DNA from: Eledone cirrhosa
Taxonomy: Eukaryota
Length of the DNA stretch: 64,000 bases
Assembly: GCA_964016885.1 (NCBI GenBank)
Contig: OZ024759.1
Coordinates: forward strand, 35,278,001-35,342,000
Reading direction: 5' to 3'
In this document: piece after piece, positions 1 through 13,336 of the stretch
Layout of the letters: every line of letters starts with the position of its first letter
How positions within the stretch are numbered: the stretch's first letter is position 1
Notes under the pieces: generated by a model
The model's input: only the letters and a program-made list of their open reading frames with translations
Database searches by the model: none
What the model was told of the DNA's origin: nothing
Translations under genes and position numbers: made by a program

Positions 1-142
1 TTTGTGAAATAGGGTGTTTCCTAATTGGTAGCTGGGGCCGTGATTGCATCGCTCCAACCAACAAAACCTTGGTGCAATAAGAAAAAAGCATTCAGCGTTA
101 TGTTTGTTTTATCAATTTTCATATGATATGGTATCGCACGGC

Positions 143-212
143 AGCTTCTACAGGACTAGAACTGTTTCTTTCGTATGAAATCATCAGGAATGATTTCATA
201 TGAAAGAAACAG
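143..212 (-). mobile_element. Penelope-like pLTR fragment with hammerhead core, folded back into a 23-bp hairpin (162-212)
   Basis: Minus strand reads CTGATGA-tttcatacgaaa-GAAACAGTTCTAGTCCTGTAGAAGC. The same family recurs at ~24487, 30874, 35315, 45408 and 62250-62390. Confidence 0.55.
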
Positions 213-404
213 GCTGAAGAGGGCAGACTGTCAAACTATCGGTTGCTCTCTGCTAGGTTGAAACTCTTTATTTATTGATTTAAAACGAAACTGATTTTCA
301 TGTCATTCATTAACCTATAGATGTGTATGGTTACACTGAATATGAAATCAATTCCAACAGGAATTGCTGCTGGCAATCAAACCGAAAAGATGCAAATTAC
401 TTAC

Positions 405-495
405 TTGTATAATCCTTGATCCAGTCGCAGTAAACACCGGAGAACCATAAAATGTTGTCGTTGTTCCAGCGCCGTGTTTTCCCATGTATATCCTT
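405..495 (-). CDS. Putative internal exon of an unidentified gene
   Basis: Unique, more GC-rich 91 bp bounded by ccaacag| and |gtaagt on minus. All three frames are open (e.g. GYTWENTALEQRQHFMVLRCLLRLDQGLY). No homology recognised. Confidence 0.3.
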
Positions 496-570
496 CTGTT
501 GGTATAATAACATAGTCACTATAATTGTCACTAACAACCCAAATATTTAGGAACAAAATAATAATAAAAT

Positions 571-722
571 AATTGTTTCTACTTTTGGCACAAGGCCAGC
601 AATTACCCAGTGCATTACTGGTACTTTATTTTATCAACCCCATAAGGATGAAAGGCAAGGGCCGTAACTCTGCGTCAAAGCATGGCATCAGACCCACTAC
701 TGATACTGCCAATCCACCGCCC
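571..722 (-). mobile_element. tRNA-derived SINE (family A), internally deleted
   Basis: Head gggcggtggattggcagtatc, central gcctttcatccttatggggttgataaaataaagtaccag and tail ttgctggccttgtgccaaaagtagaaac are shared with copies at 27410, 38055, 38260 and 46266. Confidence 0.8.
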
Positions 723-759
723 TTGTTCATTTAAAAATAATGGAAAAAATTGGAAAGCC

Positions 760-790
<31 letters not shown>

Positions 791-861
791 TTGTGCGTGT
801 GTATAGCTCAGCCGTCACAGGGTCCTGACTCTTTTCATATATATATGTATATATATATATC

Positions 862-964
862 CAGAGTCGGGCTAGATCAATACAGATCAAATCTTGAGCT
901 GATCAATCGCGAAACGCGCGTCACACCTGAATAAACGTAATGAATATTTGATACCTCATCCATG

Positions 965-965
<1 letters not shown>
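862..965 (+). mobile_element. Penelope-like pLTR remnant with the 3' half of a hammerhead (GCGAAACGCGCGTC)
   Basis: Palindromic stem III (ACGCGCGT) then GUC, followed by aataaa; flanked by (TA)n. Related copy at ~37535-37645. Confidence 0.4.
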
Positions 966-1036
<71 letters not shown>

Positions 1037-1038
1037 AG

Positions 1039-1084
<46 letters not shown>

Positions 1085-1086
1085 AG

Positions 1087-1118
<32 letters not shown>

Positions 1119-1119
1119 A

Positions 1120-1166
<47 letters not shown>

Positions 1167-1168
1167 AG

Positions 1169-1205
<37 letters not shown>

Positions 1206-1266
1206 GTATATATATATATATATAGAGAGAGAGAAGTATATATATATATAAAGAGAGAGAGAAGTG

Positions 1267-1301
<35 letters not shown>

Positions 1302-1307
1302 TGAGAG

Positions 1308-1352
<45 letters not shown>
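966..1352. repeat. Compound minisatellite of (TA)n(GA)nAG units
   Basis: About 8 units of a TA tract plus a GA tract ending in 'gaag'. Confidence 0.9.
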
Positions 1353-1761
1353 TAAGACTGAATAAACCATGTGATCAGGAGAAAACCCTGTTGGACTCCC
1401 TCTAAAAATATCTGAAGACGTCGATCTGTAAGTTATAGTTTGTTAATCTTGTAATACAATACTGGTTTACAACTTGAAACCCCATCAAGTAGACAGGATC
1501 AAAGGAGTCGTTCCAGCCGAGACCATCCTGTAGCAGGTTTTTGGTTTTTGGAGATATTCATCTTTTTACTTAATATATATATATGTGTGTGTATGTTTAT
1601 AATACACCATAACATCGTCATATATATATATATATATATAATATATGACGATGTTATGGTGTAATCTGAGAGAGATTGATGGGGTGGAGAGGGGTAGAGG
1701 CAGAGTGAGAGAGGAGAGAAGGGTATATATATGTATATGTATATATATATGTATATATATG

Positions 1762-1794
<33 letters not shown>

Positions 1795-1795
1795 G

Positions 1796-1826
<31 letters not shown>

Positions 1827-1886
1827 GTAAATGTATATATATATATATAAATGTATATATATATATAAATGTATATATATATATAA

Positions 1887-1937
<51 letters not shown>

Positions 1938-1962
1938 GTATAATAAACAACACAGTATAATT

Positions 1963-2032
1963 ACCTCATTACCCGAGGTTTCTCGAACAGGACGAACACA
2001 AGAGATGTCCGCATTCATTCGTCAGATAAGGC
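1963..2032 (-). ncRNA. Type I hammerhead ribozyme motif (Penelope-associated)
   Basis: Minus: GCCUUAU-CUGACGA-[long stem II, gaa..ggac/gucc..uuc]-GAAA-CCUCGG-GUA|AUGAGGU. Stem I is 7 bp including two G-U pairs; stem III is ACC/GGU. Confidence 0.65.
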
Positions 2033-2182
2033 AATACAATATTGCCTTATCTGACGAACGAATGCGGACGTCTCTTGTGTTCCAGAGTGTCTTATTAGAA
2101 GCATCCGTCTCTAATTGATCCAGTGGGATCTCCAAGTGTGACCAACCAAGCTCATGGACTTGAAAATAAACAAATAAATATA

Positions 2183-3860
2183 TTTCTTCTTCGCGCACAT
2201 ATTCCTGAGTGGGCCGTGGGGCCAGAGTCCTCAAACACTCCTTCCAGCAGGTCAGAATCAACCGTCTCCAACTGATTCAGGTGGATACCCAAGCTCATGA
2301 ATGTTATCCAACCATCTTGCTTAGGGTCTACCCCTGGGTCTCCTGCCAGTTGGTTTTGCCCGTAAAATCTGTCCAGCGATTCTTTCCTGAGACATTCTAA
2401 CCACATGTCTATAGTATCAGAGCTGTGACTCTCAATTCTGTCCAGTGATTCTTTCCTAAGACATTCTAACAACATGTCCATAGTATCAGAGCTGTGATCT
2501 CTCAAATCTGTCCAGTGATTCTTTCCTGAGACACTCTAACCACATGTCTATAGTATCAGAGCTGTGATCTCTCAATTCTGTCCAGCAATTCTTTCCTGAG
2601 ACATTCTAACCACATGTCTATAGTATCTGAGCTGTGATCTCTCAATTCTGTCCAGTGATTCTTTCCTGAGACATTCTAACCACATGTCTATAGTATCAGA
2701 GCTGTGATCTCTCAAATCTGTCCAGTGATTCTTTCCTGAGACATTCTAACCACATGTCTATAGTATCAGAGCTGTGATCTCTCAATTCTGTCCAGTGATT
2801 CTTTCCTGAGACATTCTAACCACATGTCTATAGTATCAGAGCTGTGATCTCTCAAATCTGTCCAGTGATTCTTTCCTGAGACATTCTAACCACATGTCTA
2901 TAGTATCAGAGCTGTGATCTCTCAAATCTGTCCAGTGATTCTTTCCTGAGACATTCTAACCACATGTCTATAGTATCAGAGCTGTGATCTCTCAATTCTG
3001 TCCAGTGATTCTTTCCTGAGACATTCTAACCACATGTCTATAGTATCAGAGCTGTGATCTCTCAATTCTGTCCAGTGATTCTTTCCTGAGACATTCTAAC
3101 CACATGTCTATAGTATCAGAGCTGTGATCTCTCAAATCTGTCCAGTGATTCTTTCCTGAGACATTCTAACCACATGTCTATAGTATCAGAGCTGTGATCT
3201 CTCAATTCTGTCCAGTGATTCTTTCCTGAGACATTCTAACCACATGTCTATAGTATCAGAGCTGTGATCTCTCAATTCTGTCCAGTGATTCTTTCCTGAG
3301 ACATTCTAACCACATGTCTATAGTATCTGAGCTGTGATCTCTCAAATCTGTCCAGTGATTCTTTCCTGAGACATTCTAACCACATGTCCATAGTATCAGA
3401 GCTGTGATCTCTCAATTCTGTCCAGTGATTCTTTCCTGAGACATTCTAACCACATGTCTATAGTATCAGAGCTGTGATCTCTCAATTCTGACGAGTGATT
3501 CTTTCCTGAGACATTCTAACCACATGTCTATAGTATCAGAGCTGTGATCTCTCAATTCTGACGAGTGATTCTTTCCTGAGACATTCTAACCACATGTCCT
3601 CTATAGTATCAGAGCTGTGATCTCTCAATTTGGAGAAATATCGGCTCTACCTGGAATGACTCTGATCTCCGAGCTATGCACTTTATCGAGTAACGTTACT
3701 CCAAAGACCCTTCAGAGGAACCCCATTTTGGCCGCTCGTATTCTTTCAGTCATTGCCCAAGATTCAACCCTTACCCAAAGGTAAGGAAGGGTTGGCATGA
3801 ATACCGAATTGAAGACTGAGAGTTGGTTTCTACACCACCTGACTTCTGGTTACTGAATGC
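2183..3860 (-). mobile_element. 5'-truncated Rex3/Expander-like RTE LINE remnant
   Basis: Minus-strand translation gives degenerate RTE C-terminal motifs (...IERSQL*YY..HVVRMSQE...RTRWLDNI). (GAA)n tail. Same family as 47895-53950, 34848 and 62764. Confidence 0.75.
2369..3630. repeat. 60-bp tandem array (~21 copies) derived from LINE coding sequence
   Basis: Unit ctgtccagtgattctttcctgagacattctaaccacatgtctatagtatcagagctgtgatctctcaa(a/t)t, lines repeating in register every 60 bp. Confidence 0.97.
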
Positions 3861-4224
3861 TGAAGTTGGCGTATTGTGTGTGTGGCCTCTGTATTCATGC
3901 GTGTGCGTGTGATGACGTGTTTATGGATATATGCGTGTGTGTGTGTGGTGGTTTGTGTGTGTGTGTGTGGTGGTTTATGTGCGTATGTGGTGGTGTATGT
4001 GTTTATGTGCGTGGGTATGTGTATGTATGTGTGTGGTGGTGTATGTGTTTATGTGTGTGGTGGTGTATGTGTTTATGTGTGTGGTGGTGTATGTATGTGT
4101 GTGGTGTATGTGTGTGTGTATGTGAATGTATGAGTGTGTGTGGTGTGTGTAGGAAACACCGACGAATATATCAAATGTTAGATAAGATGTTTAATAAAGA
4201 AGATTTTCTGTGTGTGTGTGTATG

Positions 4225-7200
4225 TGTTGTTGAAGGTGTGTGTGTGTGGTGTTGAAGATGTGTATGTGGTGTTGAAGATGTGTGTGTGGTGTTGAAGATG
4301 TGTGTATGTGGTGTTGAAGGTGTGTGTATGTGGTGTTGAAGATGTGTGTATGTGGTGTTGAAGATGTGTGTATGTGGTGTTGAAGATGTGTGTATGTGTT
4401 GTTGAAGGTGTGTGTATGTGGTGTTGAAGATGTGTGTATGTGGTGTTGAAGATGTGTGTATGTGGTGTTGAAGGTGTGTGTATGTGGTGTTGAAGATGTG
4501 TGTATGTGTTGTTGAAGATGTGTGTATGTGGTGTTGAAGATGTGTGTATGTGTTGTTGAAGATGTGTGTATGTGGTGTTGAAGGTGTGTGTATGTGGTGT
4601 TGAAGATGTGTGTATGTGGTGTTGAAGATGTGTGTATGTGGTGTTGAAGATGTGTGTATGTGGTGTTGAAGATGTGTGTATGTGTTGTTGAAGGTGTGTG
4701 TGTGTGGTGTTGAAGATGTGTATGTGGTGTTGAAGATGTGTGTGTGGTGTTGAAGATGTGTGTATGTGGTGTTGAAGGTGTGTGTATGTGGTGTTGAAGA
4801 TGTGTATGTGTTGTTGAAGATGTGTGTATGTGGTGTTGAAGATGTGTGTATGTGGTGTTGAAGATGTGTGTATGTGGTGGTGTTGAAGATGTGTGTATGT
4901 GGTGTTGAAGATGTGTGTATGTGGTGTTGAAGATGTGTGTATGTGGTGTTGAAGATGTGTGTATGTGTTGTTGAAGATGTGTATGTGTTGTTGAAGATGT
5001 GTGTATGTGGTGTTGAAGATGTGTGTATGTGTTGTTGAAGATGTGTATGTGTTGTTGAAGATGTGTGTATGTGGTGTTGAAGATGTGTGTATGTGGTGTT
5101 GAAGATGTGTGTATGTGGTGTTGAAGATGTGTGTATGTGTTGTTGAAGGTGTGTGTATGTGGTGTTGAAGATGTGTGTATGTGGTGTTGAAGATGTGTGT
5201 ATGTGGTGTTGAAGGTGTGTGTATGTGGTGTTGAAGATGTGTGTATGTGTTGTTGAAGATGTGTATGTGTTGTTGAAGATGTGTGTATGTGTTGTTGAAG
5301 ATGTGTATGTGTTGTTGAAGATGTGTGTATGTGGTGTTGAAGATCTGTGTGGTGTTGAAGATGTGTGTATGTGGTGTTGTTGAAGATGTGTGTATGTGGT
5401 GTTGAAGATGTGTGTATGTGGTGTTGAAGATGTGTGTATGTGGTGTTGAAGATGTGTGTATGTGTTGTTGAAGATGTGTATGTGTTGTTGAAGATGTGTG
5501 TATGTGGTGTTGAAGATCTGTGTGGTGTTGAAGATGTGTGTATGTGGTGTTGTTGAAGATGTGTGTATGTGGTGTTGAAGATGTGTGTATGTGGTGTTGA
5601 AGATGTGTGTATGTGGTGTTGAAGATGTGTGTATGTGGTGTTGAAGGTGTGTGTATGTGGTGTTGAAGGTGTGTGTGTGTGGTGTTGAAGATGTGTGTAT
5701 GTGGTGTTGAAGATGTGTGTGTGGTGTTGAAGATGTGTGTGTGTGCTGTTGAAGATCTGTGTGTATGTGTTGTTGAAGATGTGTGTGTGGTGTTGAAGAT
5801 GTGTGTGTGTGCTGTTGAAGATCTGTGTGTATGTGTTGTTGAAGATGTGTGTGTGGTGTTGAAGATGTGTGTATGTGGTGTTGAAGATGTGTGTATGTGG
5901 TGTTGAAGATGTGTGTATGTGTTGTTGAAGATGTGTGTATGTGGTGTTGAAGATGTGTGTGTGTGGTGTTGAAGATGTGTGTATGTGGTGTTGAAGATGT
6001 GTGTGTGGTGTTGAAGATGTGTGTATGTGGTGTTGAAGATGTGTGTATGTGGTGTTGAAGATGTGTATGTGGTGTTGAAGATGTGTGTATGTGGTGTTGA
6101 AGATGTGTGTATGTGTTGTTGAAGATGTGTGTATGTGGTGTTGAAGATGTGTGTGTGGTGTTGAAGATGTGTGTATGTGGTGTTGTTGAAGATGTGTGTA
6201 TGTGGTGTTGAAGATGTGTGTATGTGGTGTTGTTGAAGATGTGTGTATGTGGTGTTGAAGATGTGTGTATGTGGTGTTGAAGGTGTGTGTATGTGGTGTT
6301 GAAGATGTGTGTATGTGGTGTTGAAGATGTGTGTATGTGGTGTTGAAGGTGTGTGTATGTGGTGTTGTTGAAGATGTGTGTATGTGGCGTTGAAGGTGTG
6401 TGTATGTGGTGTTGAAGATGTGTGTATGTGTGGTGTTGAAGATCTGTGTGTATGTGGTGTTGAAGATGTGTGTATGTGTTGTTGAAGGTGTGTGTATGTG
6501 GTGTTGAAGATCTGTGTGTATGTGGTGTTGAAGATGTGTGTATGTGGTGTTGAAGATGTGTGTATGTGGTGTTGTTGAAGATGTGTGTATGTGGTGTTGA
6601 AGATGTGTGTATGTGTTGTTGAAGGTGTGTGTATGTGGTGTTGAAGATCTGTGTGTATGTGGTGTTGAAGATGTGTGTATGTGGTGTTGAAGATGTGTGT
6701 ATGTGGTGTTGTTGAAGATGTGTGTATGTGGTGTTGAAGATGTGTGTATGTGTTGTTGAAGGTGTGTGTATGTGGTGTTGAAGATGTGTGTGTGTGCTGT
6801 TGAAGATGTGTGTATGTGTGGTGTTGAAGATGTGTGTGTGTGTTGTTGAAGATGTGTGTATGTGTTGTTGAAGATGTGTGTATGTGGTGTTGAAGATGTG
6901 TGTATGTGGTGTTGTTGAAGATGTGTGTATGTGGTGTTGTTGAAGATGTGTGTATGTGTGGTGTTGAAGGTGTGTGTATGTGGTGTTGAAGATGTGTGTA
7001 TGTGGTGTTGAAGATGTGTGTGTGTGGTGTTGAAGATGTGTGTATGTGGTGTTGAAGATGTGTGTATGTGGTGTTGAAGATGTGTGTGTGGTGTTGAAGA
7101 TGTGTGTATGTGGTGTTGAAGATGTGTGTATGTGGTGTTGAAGGTGTGTGTATGTGGTGTTGAAGATGTGTGTATGTGTGGTGTTGAAGATGTGTGTGTG

Positions 7201-9075
7201 TGTTGTTGAAGATGTGTGTATGTGGTGTTGAAGATGTGTGTATGTGGTGTTGTTGAAGATGTGTGTATGTGGTGTTGAAGGTGTGTGTATGTGGTGTTGA
7301 AGATGTGTGTGTGTGGTGTTGAAGATGTGTGTATGTGGTGTTGAAGATGTGTGTATGTGGTGTTGAAGATGTGTGTATGTGGTGTTGAAGGTGTGTGTAT
7401 GTGGTGTTGAAGATGTGTGTATGTGTGGTGTTGAAGATGTGTGTGTGTGTTGTTGAAGATGTGTGTATGTGGTGTTGAAGATGTGTGTGTGTGGTGTTGA
7501 AGATGTGTGTATGTGGTGTTGAAGATGTGTGTATGTGTGGTGTTGAAGATGTGTGTGTGTGTTGTTGAAGATGTGTGCATGTGGTGTTGAAGATGTGTGT
7601 ATGTGGTGTTGAAGATGTGTGTATGTGGTGTTGAAGATGTGTGTATGTGGTGTTGAAGATGTGTGTATGTGGTGTTGAAGATGTGTGTATGTGGTGTTGA
7701 AGATGTGTGTGTGTGGTGTTGAAGATGTGTGTATGTGGTGTTGAAGATGTGTGTATGTGTGGTGTTGAAGATGTGTGTATGTGGTGTTGAAGATGTGTGT
7801 ATGTGGTGTTGAAGATGTGTGTATGTGGTGTTGAAGATGTGTGTGTGTGGTGTTGAAGATGTGTGTATGTGGTGTTGAAGATGTGTGTATGTGTGGTGTT
7901 GAAGATGTGTGTATGTGGTGTTGAAGATGTGTGTATGTGGTGTTGAAGATGTGTGTATGTGGTGTTGAAGATGTGTGTATGTGGTGTTGAAGATGTGTGT
8001 ATGTGGTGTTGAAGATGTGTGTGTGTGGTGTTGAAGATGTGTGTATGTGGTGTTGAAGATGTGTGTATGTGTGGTGTTGAAGATGTGTGTGTGTGTTGTT
8101 GAAGATGTGTGTATGTGGTGTTGTTGAAGATGTGTGTATGTGTTGTTGAAGATGTGTGTATGTATATGTTGTTGAAGATCTGTGTGTATGTGTTGTTGAA
8201 GATGTGTGTGTGTTGTTGAAGATGTGTGTATGTGGTGTTGAAGATCTGTGTGTATGTGTTGTTGAAGATGTATGTATGTGTTGTTGAAGATGTGTGTGTG
8301 TGTTGTTGAAGATGTGTGTATGTGTTGTTGAAGATGTGTGTATGTGTTGTTGAAGATGTGTGTATGTGTTGTTGAAGATGTGTGTATGTGGTGTTGAAGA
8401 TGTGTGTATGTGGTGTTGTTGAAGATGTGTGTGTGTGGTGTTGAAGATGTGTGTATGTGGTGTTGTTGAAGATGTGTGTGTGTGGTGTTGAAGATGTGTG
8501 TATGTGGTGTTGAAGATGTGTGTATGTGGTGTTGAAGATGTGTGTATGTGGTGTTGAAGATGTGTGTATGTGGTGTTGAAGATGTGTGTGTGTGGTGTTG
8601 AAGATGTGTGTATGTGGTGTTGAAGATGTGTGTATGTGGTGTTGAAGGTGTGTGTATGTGTTGTTGAAGATGTGTGTATGTGTTGTTGAAGATGTGTGTA
8701 TGTGGTGTTGAAGATGTGTGTATGTGGTGTTGAAGATGTGTGTATGTGGTGTTGAAGATGTGTGTGTGTGGTGTTGAAGATGTGTGTATGTGGTGTTGAA
8801 GATGTGTGTGTGTGTGTTGAAGATGTATGTGTGTATGTGTTGTTGAAGATGTATGTGTGTATGTGTTGTTGAAGATGTGTGTGTTGTTGAAGATGTGTGT
8901 GTGTGTGTTGTTGAAGATGTGTGTGTGTGTTGTTGAAGATGTGTGTGTGTGTGTTGTTGAAGATGTGTGTGTGTATGTGTTGTTGAAGATGTGTGTATGT
9001 GGTGTTGAAGATGTATGTGTGTATGTGTTGTTGAAGATGTGTGTGTGTGTGTTGTTGAAGATGTGTGTGTGTATG
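4225..9075. repeat. ~22-bp minisatellite (gtgttgaagatgtgtgtatgtg), ~220 copies
   Basis: Continuous array with small GT/GTT length variants. Confidence 0.97.
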
Positions 9076-9255
9076 TGTACATCTCGTATCTGTGATGTAA
9101 TTGGAGCTAAACTAACCAACGTCTGTTAGTCTCCCCCCCTCTCTCTGTCACTACTCTCTCTCTCTCTCTCTCTCTCTAGTCTCCAATATTGCTGTCAGGT
9201 TTAGTCGTCAGCTTCTCAATAATATATCACTTAATATCTGATATATATATATCTG

Positions 9256-9339
<84 letters not shown>

Positions 9340-9723
9340 ATATATATATATATATTTATGTATGTATGTATGTATATATGTATGTATAAGAAGACAGTAA
9401 ACGACTGACATACAGGAGCAGATATTGAGGTGGGGTTGGTTGGGAGCTGAACTAGGTCATGGTGGGATAGAGAGAAGGAAGGATAAAGGGGGTGAGTGCC
9501 CCGACCACCCACCTACCCTACATACCCACACACCGATCATACTCCCACACTGCACCCTCCGACCACACACACAATCTCACACCCCCAACCTCCCATATGT
9601 ATGTATATGCACACATACAACCACATGATGGTCGCGAGAATGAGAACTCAATACCAGGTAGGGATGAATTAGACAAGAACACATGTATGTATGTATATAC
9701 ATACATACATACATATATACATG

Positions 9724-9755
<32 letters not shown>

Positions 9756-10251
9756 TATATGTATGTATGTATATACACACATACATATATACATGTATAT
9801 GTATGTATGTATGTATGTATATATGTATGTATGTATGTATGCTTTTTTTTGTGTGGAGCAAGAAATTCCTAGTCTTCATTAAGACATCTCATTAGAAGGT
9901 CACTTTGATGTAAAACCTGCCACTTTGTTTGCATCCAATGGTGTAGACCAGTTCTTTTTGGGTAAATGTGTTCAGTTAAAAAAGCTTCAAGCACAGGCAT
10001 CGCTTGATATGTGACATATCTTTGTAATGCATGGTATTGCTGGCCATAGGCAAGTCCCTAGCAGGATTAAAAGTCACGGCTGAGCTCTTACAATTTTGAC
10101 AGATAGTTCCTGTCAGATAGTTCAGCTGTCAGGCCCCCACTCTTCCTAATATATTCATACTTTACTATCCCAAGTGTCGAGTACTCTGTTGAATAATGGT
10201 TTTACTAGGTTAATACTGGTTCAATCCTGATTATATATATATATATATATA

Positions 10252-10400
10252 TCATCATCATCATCATCATTTCATTTTACGTCCACTTTTCCCTGCTTGC
10301 AAGGGTGGGACGGGAACTGATTCTGGCTTGATTTCTACAGCTGGATGCCCTTCCTAACACCAACCTCATTTACAGTGAGTGCTGGGTGCTTTTTTGCTGT
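10252..10400 (-). mobile_element. RTE-derived non-autonomous element (5'UTR-like motif plus RTE 3' tail)
   Basis: ggttggtgttaggaagggcatccagctgtagaaa followed by cccacccttgcaagcagggaaaagtggacgtaaaatg(gat)n. The tail matches the 3' end of the LINE at 59977. Confidence 0.7.
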
Positions 10401-10451
10401 GGCACCTACACGACCACTTTGCAGTGGAATGATAGGGACCCCAGTCCCTAT

Positions 10452-10597
10452 CATCTCATTTCTACAGCTGAGTAAACTGGAGAAATGTGAAATAAAGTGT
10501 CTTGCTCAAGGAAACAACACATCACCCGGTCTGAGAATTGAACTCACAACCTTTCGATTTCAAGGCCAGTGCTCTAACCACTAAGCCATGTGCCTCC
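10452..10597 (-). mobile_element. tRNA-derived CORE-like SINE (family B) head
   Basis: A box tggcttagtgg, B box gagttcaattc, then ccttgagcaagacactttatttcac...ctccagtttactcagctgtagaaatgag. Also at ~42060-42160. Confidence 0.75.
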
Positions 10598-10610
10598 ATG
10601 CATACATACA

Positions 10611-10675
<65 letters not shown>

Positions 10676-10685
10676 ATACACACAC

Positions 10686-10975
10686 ACTTCGTTTTTGTAT
10701 TCGTTTTGCAAGATTCCCTATCTGAATACGTGTGTTGTGTGTTGAAACAAATATTGTTATACTTTGGGAGGGTCATGTTGCCAATAAAAACACATGCACC
10801 TGTGGGATTTCACTTCAATTTATTACAAATTTCCAGTTGGTTTAGTAACCGGATGGTTGTGTATTTATTCAAAGCTCTTTCGTCACACACTCTGTGACTT
10901 CCTCTGAGACTAATTTGTTATTTTGTCTCTCTCCTTTCTTCTGTCCTACACCATCTTGTTTTTGTGTGTTGTGTA
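10686..10975 (-). mobile_element. Penelope-like pLTR copy with degenerate hammerhead (10868-10910)
   Basis: Homologous to the arms of the 57.1-57.67 kb palindrome. Core reads CAGAGGA-aGTCACA/TGTGAC-GAAAGAGCTT. Confidence 0.65.
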
Positions 10976-11299
10976 TTATAGTTAGAGTCCTGTTACTCTG
11001 GAGTTTCTCCTGTGTACTAACAGTGTCATTAGACAAGAGATTTTCTCTGATGACAAAGTAAATACACAGATGACACTTCAGATTAACAGCACTCTAGCTT
11101 AACCTTAATATATATATATATATATATATATACACAAATATACATATATACACACAAATATATATATTTATACATACACAAATATACATATATACACACA
11201 AATATATATATATATATATACACACAAATATACATATGTACACACAAATATATATATATATATACATACACACACACAAATATACATATATACACACAA

Positions 11300-11345
<46 letters not shown>

Positions 11346-11715
11346 AGATAACATCAAATATATATGAATCTGATCCATATCTGTTGGAGAGAACAACAAT
11401 AATTCATTTCTCAAAAGGGTAACACACACACATATATTGACACATCCACACACACACACACATCTATATACACACATATATACACACACATACAGACAAT
11501 CACACATCCATACACATACACACACACACACATCCATACACATACACACACACACACATACATACACACACACACACATACATACACACATCCATACACA
11601 CAAATCCATACACACACACACACACACACACACATCCATACACACAAATCCATACACACACACACACATACACACACACACACACATACATACACACATA
11701 CATACATACACACAT

Positions 11716-11770
<55 letters not shown>

Positions 11771-11864
11771 CAACCCAGATTTCAAGCCATGATTTCTGTT
11801 TTTCTCAGATAGAATTTCAAACGAGTAAAAAACCTAATCCTGTTTTCTCTGTTGCAGACGATAA

Positions 11865-12468
11865 TACTGTCTGTCTGTCTGTCTGTCTGTCTGTCATACT
11901 GTCTGTCTGTCATACTGTCTGTCTGTCTGTCATACTCTCTGTATGTCTGTCTGTCTGTCATACTCTCTGTATGTCTGTCTGTCTGTCATACTCTCTGTAT
12001 GTCTGTCTGTCATACTGTCTGTCTGTCATACTCTCTGTATGTCTGTCTGTCATACTGTCTGTCTGTCTGTCTGTCTGTCATACTGTCTGTCTGTCATACT
12101 GTCTGTCTGTCTGTCATACTGTCTGTATGTCTATCATACTGTCTGTATGTCTGTCTGTCTGTCTGTCTGTCATACTCTCTGTCTGTCTGTCATACTGTCT
12201 GCCTGTCTGTCTGTCATACTGTCTGTCTGTCTGTCATACTCTCTGTCTGTCTGTCATACTGTCTGCCTGTCTGTCTGTCATACTGTCTGTCTGTCTGTCA
12301 TACTGTCTGTATGTCTGTCATACTGTCTGTCTGTCTGTGTCTGTCTGTCTGTCTGTCTGTCATACTGTCTGTCTGTCTGTGTCTGTCTGTCTGTCTGTCG
12401 GTCTGTCTGTCATACTGTCTGTCTGTCTGTGTCTGTCTGTCTGTCTGTTATACTGTCTGTCTGTCTAT
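11865..12468. repeat. (CTGT)n microsatellite punctuated by CATA
   Basis: Directly visible. Confidence 0.9.
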
Positions 12469-12671
12469 CACACACACACACACATGTATGTGTGTGTGTG
12501 TGTATGATTGTATATGTATGTATGTCTGTGTGAGTGATTGTGTGTATGATTGTGTTTGTGTGTAATGTTCATCAGTGTGTGTGCACCTGTGTGAGCGTGT
12601 GTGTGTTCTTCTGAGCGTGTGTATGTTGATCTCTGAGCGTGTGTGTGTTTTGATCTGTGTGTGTGTGTTGA

Positions 12672-12715
<44 letters not shown>

Positions 12716-12781
12716 GATCTGTGTGTGTGTGTGTGTGTGTTGATCTGTGTGTGTGTGTGTTGATCTCTGTGTGTGTGTTGA

Positions 12782-12819
<38 letters not shown>

Positions 12820-13045
12820 GATCTGTGTGTTGATATGTGTTCATCTATATGTATGTGTGTGTAAAGTGAAGTTTTGAAGTCATTGTTCTGTGGCAGACGA
12901 CAGCAATGGCGGAGAGAGAACATAACAAATAAAGGTTGGTTGACATTGAATGAGTAACATGTGGGAGAGAGAGTGAAGGAGTGAGTGAAGGCGAGAGTGA
13001 TAGAGAGAAGGGGAGGGGTGAGAGAGATGAAGGGGGATAGATAGA

Positions 13046-13108
13046 TAGATAGATAAATAGGGAGAGGTATATATATATATATATATTCATTCCGTTGTCA
13101 TTCCTTCT

Positions 13109-13158
<50 letters not shown>

Positions 13159-13231
13159 AGGAATGACAACGGAATGAATATATATATATATATACCTCTC
13201 CCTATTTATCTATCTATATATCTCTCTCTCT

Positions 13232-13314
<83 letters not shown>

Positions 13315-13336
13315 AGAAGGAATGACAACGGAATGA
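13046..13336. repeat. (TA)n-centred palindrome (13046-13216) plus a third direct copy
   Basis: ttcattccgttgtcattccttc(tc)n-(TA)n-(ga)ngaaggaatgacaacggaatgaa. The flanks gataaatagggagagg / cctctccctatttatc are also inverted. Confidence 0.9.

Noticed and set aside
2369-3630. CRISPR-like array
   Set aside because: Contiguous tandem units with no unique spacers, no cas genes, eukaryotic context; the unit is LINE-derived.
4178-9119. 1634-aa and 1642-aa His/Thr-rich ORFs
   Set aside because: Read-through of a 22-bp satellite whose minus strand lacks stop codons. Overlapping frames are equally open and the unit is not a multiple of 3.
10520-10597. Functional tRNA gene
   Set aside because: A and B boxes are present but there is no convincing acceptor stem, and it runs into a SINE body found in several copies.
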